DNA of 64,000 nucleotides from an uncultured cyanobacterium (GTDB lineage Bacteria; Cyanobacteriota; Cyanobacteriia; Cyanobacteriales; CAWCAG01): NCBI GenBank assembly GCA_963793425.1, contig CAWCAG010000009.1, positions 800,001 to 864,000 of the forward strand, read 5' to 3'. Shown piece by piece: positions 20,248 to 27,972 of this stretch (position 1 is its first letter; each line of letters starts with the position of its first letter). The notes under the pieces were generated by a model. It saw only the letters and a program-made list of their open reading frames with translations, ran no database searches and was not told where the DNA came from. The position numbers and the translations under genes were made by a program.

Positions 20248-20405
20248 AAATGCAGAAACATAAAATGCCCAAACAAACGGCTCCCATCGCCAGAAATCTT
20301 AATACTACTGCTCAAGCTAGCGACCAGAATAGCGGCGTTGAAGCCAGTATTCCCTGGGGTCTTCTCGCAGGAGCAATTCCAGCCATTACTAGTTTATTCA
20401 ACTAG
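20244..20405 (+). CDS. RiPP precursor 2 (53 aa); predicted core IPWGLLAGAIPAITSLFN
   Basis: aaggag RBS; MKMQKHKMPKQTAPIARNLNTTAQASDQNSGVEAS-IPWGLLAGAIPAITSLFN. Confidence 0.87.
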   Translation: MKMQKHKMPKQTAPIARNLNTTAQASDQNSGVEASIPWGLLAGAIPAITSLFN

Positions 20406-20497
20406 CTAATTTGTTTGGGGGTTAATTGAGGCTTTGAGTTGAATTAACTTAATTCTGATTAACTTACCTGGCAAAAATTGCTTATAAAACGGTTATT

Positions 20498-20532
20498 GAT
20501 CGCTGGTCTGAATAAGTTGCACTCCAGCGATC
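20498..20532. repeat. Hairpin GATCGCTGG-N17-CCAGCGATC (copy 1)
   Basis: Perfect 9-bp stem ending ~34 nt before precursor 3. Confidence 0.75.
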
Positions 20533-20566
20533 GCCTCAATTACTGAAAAAACAAGGAGTACACACT

Positions 20567-20746
20567 ATGAAAATGCCCAAACAAACGGCTCCCATTGCCA
20601 GAAATCTCAACACTACTGCTCAGGCTGCTGACCAGAATGCTGTTGAAGCTAGTGCAAATTGGGGAAAGATTGGGGGAATTGGGAGTGCTATTGGAGCTGG
20701 TATTACAGGTCTTCAAGCACTAAAAGATTGGTTCAGAGGAAATTAG
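20567..20746 (+). CDS. RiPP precursor 3 (59 aa); predicted core ANWGKIGGIGSAIGAGITGLQALKDWFRGN
   Basis: aaggag RBS; MKMPKQTAPIARNLNTTAQAADQNAVEAS followed by a Gly-rich core. Confidence 0.87.
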   Translation: MKMPKQTAPIARNLNTTAQAADQNAVEASANWGKIGGIGSAIGAGITGLQALKDWFRGN

Positions 20747-20783
20747 TTAGGGATCTGAATCAATTTCCTTCAATTCTGATGTG

Positions 20784-20818
20784 GATCGCTGGTTTCTTTA
20801 TATTATTGCCCAGCGATC
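20784..20818. repeat. Hairpin GATCGCTGG-N17-CCAGCGATC (copy 2)
   Basis: Same stem and loop length as copy 1, ending ~32 nt before the patB-like gene. Confidence 0.75.
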
Positions 20819-20850
20819 GCACTTAACTTTAGCTTAGAGAGAAATAATTT

Positions 20851-21087
20851 ATGAAAATGCCAAAACAAGCTCAACCAGTCAAAAGGCCGCAACTCATTGA
20901 ACCTTACAAAACAGTAGATGTTATTCAAGGAGAGGAGGAAAGTTTGTTGAATGTTCGCTTCGATTTGTTACATGGAGCTAACTATAACGATCCAGCGAGG
21001 TTAAGAGTTGCAGTTGACTCTTGCGGCTGTCATATATTTTCTGGAACTTCAATGTCTCAATGTCTAGCAGTTTGCGGCTTAGTATAG
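20851..21087 (+). CDS. patB: PatB/AcyB/McaB-like protein with Cys-rich C-terminal extension
   Basis: PVKRP...VDV...DLLHGANYNDP signature; tail AVDS-CGCHIFSGTSMSQCLAVCGLV. Confidence 0.8.
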   Translation: MKMPKQAQPVKRPQLIEPYKTVDVIQGEEESLLNVRFDLLHGANYNDPARLRVAVDSCGCHIFSGTSMSQCLAVCGLV

Positions 21088-21140
21088 AGCCAAAAACAAC
21101 AAAAAGCTTAATCTTTTTGGGTATAAAGAAGGAGAAATAA

Positions 21141-21497
21141 ATGTCGTTGCAGTGTATACAGCAGACTATTAGGCAAGAAATAAAAACTAGAGAAGTTCAA
21201 AGAGAAAGTATAACAGAACGCATATTTAAGCTTTATCTACAAGGACTAAAAAACGGGAAAAACAAAGAAGATAAACAATATGAAACTTTGTTTAACAAAA
21301 TAGATAGTACAGCTCATTGGAAGCAACGTCTTGATAGTTCTCATAGTAAAGAAATGTGGCTTAAGAAACTTGAGAGGATAGCAGAAAAACTTGAATTTCA
21401 AATAACTAAAAAAGAGAGTAAAGCACTTGAGAAAGTAGTCTGCCAGCTTAATCACAATTGGGGTGAGCATTGGGAAAGAGGACGGATCTGGGCATAA
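21141..21497 (+). CDS. patC: PatC/TenC/TruC-like protein (extended)
   Basis: C-terminal RGRIWA motif; aaggag RBS; follows patB. Confidence 0.6.
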   Translation: MSLQCIQQTIRQEIKTREVQRESITERIFKLYLQGLKNGKNKEDKQYETLFNKIDSTAHWKQRLDSSHSKEMWLKKLERIAEKLEFQITKKESKALEKVVCQLNHNWGEHWERGRIWA

Positions 21498-21556
21498 GTC
21501 AAAGTTGAAATATTGTTCTTCAAGTGTGATTGCTCAGGACAAATTAATTGCAGATT

Positions 21557-22261
21557 ATGCTCCAAGAATATAGGATTATTGATGCAGACTCCCATGTGGT
21601 TGAACCTCTAATTATGTGGGGTGAGTATCTCGAACCAGAATTCCAAAAGTTTGCACCTTCAATAGATATGAAAATGCAAGGGGAAGAGATTGTCGAAAAG
21701 GTGTCTAAGCAAGTTAGCGCTATCGGCAATAGGCAAATGATGCAGGCTCATCCTCATGCTTATTTCCAAGGCTATAGTGTTAAGTCTCACCTGGAAGAAA
21801 TGATAAAGATGGGTGTGGATGTGGCTTTTCTTTATCCAACTTATGGGTTGTGGCTTTGGGCGATAGATTCTATGCAACCGGAAGTTGCGGGGGCTTTTAC
21901 CCGTGCCTATAACAAGTGGTTAAAGTACTTTTGCGGCCATGCTCCAGATAGGTTGCAAGGGGTAGGAGCAATCAATCTGCACGCCCCAGAAACCCTGGTA
22001 GGCCAGTTACATCAGATTGCTGATTTTGGTTGGAAAGCGGTGTTTGTACGTCCCAACCCCATCAAAGGAAGACTGTTGAGTGACTCTGCTTATGAGCCTT
22101 TTTGGACAGAATGCGAACAGTTAGGTATAGCAGTTGGCATTCACGAAGGGACTCACTCTCGTTTGCCCACTACTGGCACAGATAGGTTTAACACTCGCTT
22201 TTCGCTAATGGGGGAGCGCAACAAGGCTTTCTCATCCTGGAAAAAGAGGAGCAATGGGTAA
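21557..22261 (+). pseudogene. Amidohydrolase_2-family protein, 3'-truncated
   Basis: IIDADSHVVEP, RAYNKWL and YEPFW...IHEG; family-like sequence ends at ~22203 and is followed by an unrelated tail. Confidence 0.75.
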
Positions 22262-23895
22262 TTGAAGCGGAAGGGACGATAGATTCTGAGCAGATTACTT
22301 TAGGGCGATCGCGCCCGATCAACTCTGTAGATACTGACACCCAGATACCAATCCTACCAGTTGCCGTAGTTAACTATGTTATTCGTACTCAAGAAAACGT
22401 CGTTTTAGACAATGCTGCACAAGAAGAACAATTTAGCCGTGATCGCTACATTGTGTCAACTCAACCCAAATCGATTCTCTGTACCCCTTTGTTACATCAA
22501 GGCAAGCTAAGGGGCATCTTATACTTAGAAAACAACTTAACCACAGGGGCATTTACTAGCGATCGCATTGAAACCTTAAGAATTCTCTCTGCCCAAGCTG
22601 CTATTTCCCTGGAAAATGCCCAACTCTACGCCCAACTAGAAGATGCTAACCGCAACCTAGAACAAAGAGTAACACAGCGCACCCAAGAACTCTCCCAAAC
22701 CCTAGAAATCCTCAAAGCTACCCAAGCCGAACTGATCTTTGAAAACGAGTTACTCAGAAGTGCCGAACAACCTTCTAACTTTGACTACCAAGTGGGGGGG
22801 AGTTTGCCCATGGATGCTCCCACCTATGTGGTGCGATCAGCAGATCGTTCCCTCTACAAAGCTTTGCAGCAGGGGCAAGTTTGTTATATTCTTAATCCTC
22901 GGCAGATGGGAAAATCAAGCCTGATGGTGCGGATGATGCACCACCTGAGACATGAAGGGTTTAGCTGCGGGGCCATTGATCTTACCCGCATTGGTAGCGA
23001 AAACATTACTCCTGAGCAATGGTATAAAGGTTTGACGGTAGAATTATGGCGAAGTTTTGGCTTGTTAAGGAAGGTTAATCTGAGAAGTTGGTGGAATGAA
23101 CAAGGGGATATCTCTCCAGTGCAACGGTTAAGCCAATTTATTGAAGAGATTTTGCTGGTTGAAGTTGGTCAAAGCGATGACACTTTGCCGAAAAACCTGA
23201 TTGTTTTTATTGATGAAATTGATAGCTTTTTAAGCTTGAATTTCCCCGTAAATGACTTTTTCGCTCTCATTCGCTCCTGCTATAACCAACGCAGTATTAA
23301 CCCAGAGTATCGGCGTTTAACCTTTGCTCTTTTTGGCGTTGCTACTCCCGGAAATTTAATTACTGAGCAACAAACAACTCCCTTCAACATCGGTCAAACT
23401 ATTCAATTAGAAGGCTTCAAAGAGCATGAGGCACAACCTTTACTGCAAGGATTGGCAGAGAAAGTAACTAATCCGCAAACACTCTTGAAAGAAGTGTTAG
23501 GTTGGACAAACGGCCAGCCTTTTTTAACTCAAAAGCTTTGTAAACTAATCCGTAATGCTTCTTCTCCCATACCCATTAACCAAGAAGCGGCATGGCTTGC
23601 AAATTTGGTGCAGAAGTCGATAATAGAGAATTGGGAATCACAGGATCAACCAGAGCATTTGCAGACAATACGCGATCGCCTTCTCAAAAGTAAGCGATCA
23701 CCTCAGTTACTAGAAATATATCGACAAATTCTGCATCAGGGAGAAGTTATCGCCGTTGATTCTCCAGTAGAAAAAGAACTGCTTTTGTCAGGGTTAGTGA
23801 TCAAGCAACAGGGAGTTTTGAAGATTCATAATCAGATTTATGAATCTATCTTTAGCCGTAGTTGGCTTGAGTATCACCTTCGCTTTGATGCTTAA
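22204..23895 (+). pseudogene. 5'-truncated GAF + AAA_35 signalling protein (remnant of a larger kinase/AAA/GAF sensor)
   Basis: Frame is open upstream of the track start 22453 and reads ANGGAQQGFLIL...VVNYVIRTQENVVLD (GAF); Walker A NPRQMGKSS. Confidence 0.75.
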
Positions 23896-23932
23896 CTGTA
23901 GCGGTTTGCGATCATTTGTTCAATAATTCCAA

Positions 23933-24040
23933 CTCCAACTGGCAGTAGAAGTGACCTCAACCAATTGGGATGACGATTATATTGACAAACTTGATGAGTA
24001 TCAGCGTTTGGGGATTAGAGAATATTGGATTGTGGACTAT
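23933..24040 (+). pseudogene. Uma2-family endonuclease fragment
   Basis: LQLAVEVTSTNWDDDYIDKLDEYQRLGIREYWIVD, with no start codon or N-terminal half. Confidence 0.75.
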
Positions 24041-24043
24041 TCA

Positions 24044-25143
24044 TTAAACATTGATTATTTGCAGATTTTGCTTAATACTCATTCCTCTATCCTGCAAAGT
24101 TTCGACAAATAAATCTGTTCTAAAGCTTGTTCTACGGACCAAATACCAGGTTTTTTTAGTCTTCCTTTTAGCAATGATTCTACTACACTTCCTGTACCCA
24201 TACCTGCGACCACAGCAGTATTTTCGTGGGTGAAAGCAGCATGACACTTTGCCCTTTTGCCATCCTTTTCTCCCTGTATTTCCGAACTTATAGCTACCCC
24301 AACACCACTGAAGCGATCAGTCACTTTTGTCATGGCATAACTGATGCGGGAGAAAAACTCGATGCCTTGTGAACTTTCAATCCAAGCAGAGGGAAATATA
24401 TGGGCAGTTATCCAAGTTAGATGATTATACAAATCGGGAACGGAACCGAATTTAGTAATAATATTTTTAGCAGAAAAAGACTCAGCAAAAGTGTAGGTTT
24501 CTGGCATATCGAACCAATAAACTCCTATCTTGCCATACTTAGGAAACTCAATAACTTCGCGATCACTATAGGGTGAAACTTTCTGCCACTGCCCATTTAA
24601 CCAAGCATCAAAAGCAGCCCTTAAACCTAAAAAAGTTGTCCGCATTACCGTCATTCCTGCACCTCCAGAACCAGCCACAACATAACTTAAATGAATAGTT
24701 TCTATTGTGTCTAATTGCTCTACTCCTTGGCGTACCATACTATTAGAAATACCAGGAAAAATCCCAGTATTAAGTACAGCAGTAATGCCTGCATTGCCAG
24801 CTTCTTGGCGATATTTAATTACTTTTTGCAAAAATGAGCGATGATCACTAACATCAACATAATCAACTTGTTGTTCAATGCAAGTTTTTAAAACTCTACC
24901 ATCACGATAATGAAAAGGTCCGGCACAATGAACTACTGCATTAGCCCTTGCGATCGCAGCTTTTAATTGATCTTGATTATCTAAGTCTAATTGCAGAGGT
25001 TTCAGTCTTTCATTGCCAAGAGTTTGCGTGGTAACTGTTCTTCCTGTTACCGTAATTTCTGCATCGGTATATTGCAACAAATCCTTAGTTACACTACTAC
25101 CAATCCTCCCTAATCCTCCTAAAATTAGTACGCGCTGTTTCAT
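24044..25143 (-). CDS. Saccharopine dehydrogenase-like oxidoreductase, with an apparent frameshift near the C-terminus
   Basis: GGLGRIG Rossmann motif, HCAGPF, GIFPGISN; natural-looking end TDLFVETLQDRG lies in another frame after ~24120. Confidence 0.85.
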
Positions 25144-25275
25144 CCTGATCAACTTTTTGTAAGATTTTTGATTTAGATGAATCTTAGCTTATCGAAAGTT
25201 GTCAAACTCTGCTTCCGGCTCTCTACCTTAACGGGAATAGTGAAAACTTATTTAAGCAAGCTTGTCAAACCAATA

Positions 25276-25325
25276 CATTAGCTGCGGCGATCGCAACTTT
25301 TAACTGATCTTGATTATCCAAGTCT
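25276..25325. repeat. 50-bp diverged direct copy of 24939-24988
   Basis: 43/50 identity by hand alignment; both copies contain HIP1. Confidence 0.8.
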
Positions 25326-25354
25326 CATCGCTGCTAAGGGAAGGAATATCTCGC

Positions 25355-25591
25355 TCTGTAGTAGAAATTAAATCCCAAAGTGATAGAATTAGACCTCTGG
25401 TAGAAAAAATTGAGATGTTTCTTTCTTTGGGTGCGGAAGTAGGAATTCTTATTGATCTAGATACAAGAACTGTAGTTATTTACAGAAACTCTGGAAGACC
25501 AACCCGACTAACAGATAATGATACTTTAACAATATCAGAACTTTTCCCTAGTTGGAAACTACCCGTGAGAGAACTTGGCCCCTGTATTTGA
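25355..25591 (+). pseudogene. Uma2-family endonuclease, C-terminal fragment
   Basis: VVEIKSQSD...LGAEVGILID...ELFPSWKLPVREL; N-terminal half absent. Confidence 0.75.
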
Positions 25592-25824
25592 ATGAAGAGT
25601 AAAATAGCCAAAGTTTTATTAAAGCTAAATATTCCAGCTTAAGTAAGCAATAACAGCAGATAATATAGAGAAGGTGCAATCGCCTCACTCCCAATAGTTA
25701 ATGAATTTACTGACATTAATAGATAAACTGGGGTACATCTGACCTTGAAAGGCATTGTATAGTAGAGATTTGGCTTCCGAATGGAGGTAATTCTCCAAAT
25801 GCTAACGTTGGCAACAAGGACATC

Positions 25825-27924
25825 ATGGAATCAAGTGAGAACCAACCTAGAGCATTGAATTGGCGCGGAGAAAGTGCCTTAGCTGCCATTGTTTTTACAG
25901 ATGTTGAGTCTTTTACTCCGATTATGGCAGCGGATGAAAACCACGCTTTGGCACTGATACAGCGGGATTTTCAATTAATGGCTCGCTTTTGCGAACAGAA
26001 GGAGGGACAGGTACTCAAATACTTGGGAGATGGTATGTTGATGTACTTTATCAGCGCCGAAAAAGCTGTCGATTGTGCCATTGAAATCCAAAAAGAGTTA
26101 GTAACTACCGCCACTACCCTAGAAAAGAAAGATATTTTGACCCATCGCATCGGCATACATTTAGGAGATGTATTTTTTAATGGTCAAGATGTCATGGGTA
26201 AAGGGGTTAATATGGCCTCTCGGTTGGAAGGACAATCTCAACCTGGGGGAATTTGTATTTCCCACACAGTTTATGAAGTAGTTAAAAATTGCCTCCAAGC
26301 CCCCATTACCTATGCGGGGATGAGGAAATTAAAAGGTATCCGTGAACCCGCCCCTATTTATCTTATTCCACCGCCACGCCAAAAAGTAGAAACAAAAACC
26401 AGGGTTTTTATCAGCTATCGTAACCAAGAACCGGATTTAAGCCTTGCTCAGACGTTTTACCATACTCTAATTAAAGCTGATTATGAAGCTTTTATGGCAG
26501 GGGAAAGTATTCGTTTAGGGGAAAGGTGGGCTGAAAGAATTGAAGACGAATTAAAATGTTGTGATTATTTACTAATACTTCTTTCTGAACAATCTGCTGC
26601 CAGCGAGATGGTGACAGAAGAAGTTCGCCGGGCGAAGGAATTACATAGCCTTAATTCTGATGGGAAACCCTATATCTTACCCATTAGAGTTAAATTTCCC
26701 ATGACTTCCCCTTTGAATTACAACCTTAAAGGTTATTTAGATCGGATTCAACAAAGGGAGTGGAATTCAGAGGAAGATACTCCTCGGTTAGTACAGGAAG
26801 TTTTTGATATAATTCATTCAGGCAAACCCTTAGAACAACCAGAGGAAAATACTTCAGAAGCTTATGCAACTAATTGGGAAAATCCTGATCTTCCTCCTTT
26901 ACCCATAGCTATCCCAGAATTACCTGATGGGCAGGTGGATGTAGCTTCTGTATTTTATGTTGAACGCCCCCCTATTGAAGATCGGGCCATAGAAACAGTG
27001 ATTCAAGCTGGTTCTTTAATTAGGATCAAAGCCCCCAGGCAAATGGGCAAAACTTCCTTAATGGCGAGAATCTTACACCATGCCAAGGAACAAGGTTATT
27101 GTGCTGTCCCCCTAAGCTTTCAGCTAGCTGATGGCAAGATTTTTCAAGATTTAGACCGTTTTTTGCGTTGGTTTTGCGCCAGTGTCGGTAGGAGGCTACG
27201 CTTACCCAATCAGCTTAATGATTATTGGGATGAAATTTTTGGTAGTAAGGATAACTGCACCGCTTATTTTGAAGAATATCTCCTAGAAAATCTGGAAGCG
27301 CCTCTGGTTTTGGGTTTGGATGAGGTAGATTGTATTTTTAGATATCCAGAAATTGCCACAGACTTTTTTGGCTTATTGCGGGCTTGGCATGAAGAAGCGA
27401 AAAATCGTGATATCTGGAAAAAGTTACGCCTAGTGGTGGTACATTCGACGGAAGTTTATGTACCAATGGATGTCAACCAATCTCCTTTTAATGTTGGGCT
27501 ACCCTTAGAGTTACCAGAATTTACCCCAGAACAAGTTTGTGAACTATCTCGTTTACACGGTTTAGATTGGCAAAAGTCCCACATTTTGCAACTGATGAAC
27601 TTAGTGGGGGGACATCCTTATTTAGTTCGTTTGGCACTCTATTATATTGCTAGGCAAGATATTACTTTAGAAAAGTTAATCCAAGTTGCTCCTACAGAAG
27701 GAGGGTTATACAACAATCACTTGCGTCGCCATTTATGGAACTTACAACAACACCCAGAATTGGCTGGAGCAATGCAAGAGGTAGTAGAAGCGGGTACAGA
27801 ATCTCTACGTTTAGGTTCCAAGTTAGCTTTCAAATTACATAGTATGGGCTTGGTTAGTTTCCGAGCTAATGAAGTTAAACCTAGGTGTAATTTGTATCAA
27901 CAGTATTTTCAAGAAAGATTATAG
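25825..27924 (+). CDS. Class III nucleotide cyclase + TIR + AAA_35 NTPase fusion
   Basis: FTDVESFT, KYLGDG, RIGIHLGD, GVNMASRLE; TIR VFISY...SEMVTEEV; APRQMGKTS. Confidence 0.88.
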   Translation: MESSENQPRALNWRGESALAAIVFTDVESFTPIMAADENHALALIQRDFQLMARFCEQKEGQVLKYLGDGMLMYFISAEKAVDCAIEIQKELVTTATTLEKKDILTHRIGIHLGDVFFNGQDVMGKGVNMASRLEGQSQPGGICISHTVYEVVKNCLQAPITYAGMRKLKGIREPAPIYLIPPPRQKVETKTRVFISYRNQEPDLSLAQTFYHTLIKADYEAFMAGESIRLGERWAERIEDELKCCDYLLILLSEQSAASEMVTEEVRRAKELHSLNSDGKPYILPIRVKFPMTSPLNYNLKGYLDRIQQREWNSEEDTPRLVQEVFDIIHSGKPLEQPEENTSEAYATNWENPDLPPLPIAIPELPDGQVDVASVFYVERPPIEDRAIETVIQAGSLIRIKAPRQMGKTSLMARILHHAKEQGYCAVPLSFQLADGKIFQDLDRFLRWFCASVGRRLRLPNQLNDYWDEIFGSKDNCTAYFEEYLLENLEAPLVLGLDEVDCIFRYPEIATDFFGLLRAWHEEAKNRDIWKKLRLVVVHSTEVYVPMDVNQSPFNVGLPLELPEFTPEQVCELSRLHGLDWQKSHILQLMNLVGGHPYLVRLALYYIARQDITLEKLIQVAPTEGGLYNNHLRRHLWNLQQHPELAGAMQEVVEAGTESLRLGSKLAFKLHSMGLVSFRANEVKPRCNLYQQYFQERL

Positions 27925-27972
27925 GTAGTGGTACAAAAATAATGATATTGATACAGCATGATAAGCAATTTG

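Noticed and set aside
20244..20850. CRISPR array suggested by repeated DNA units
   Set aside because: The repeats are peptide-leader codons and two hairpins with irregular spacing, and no cas genes are in the window.
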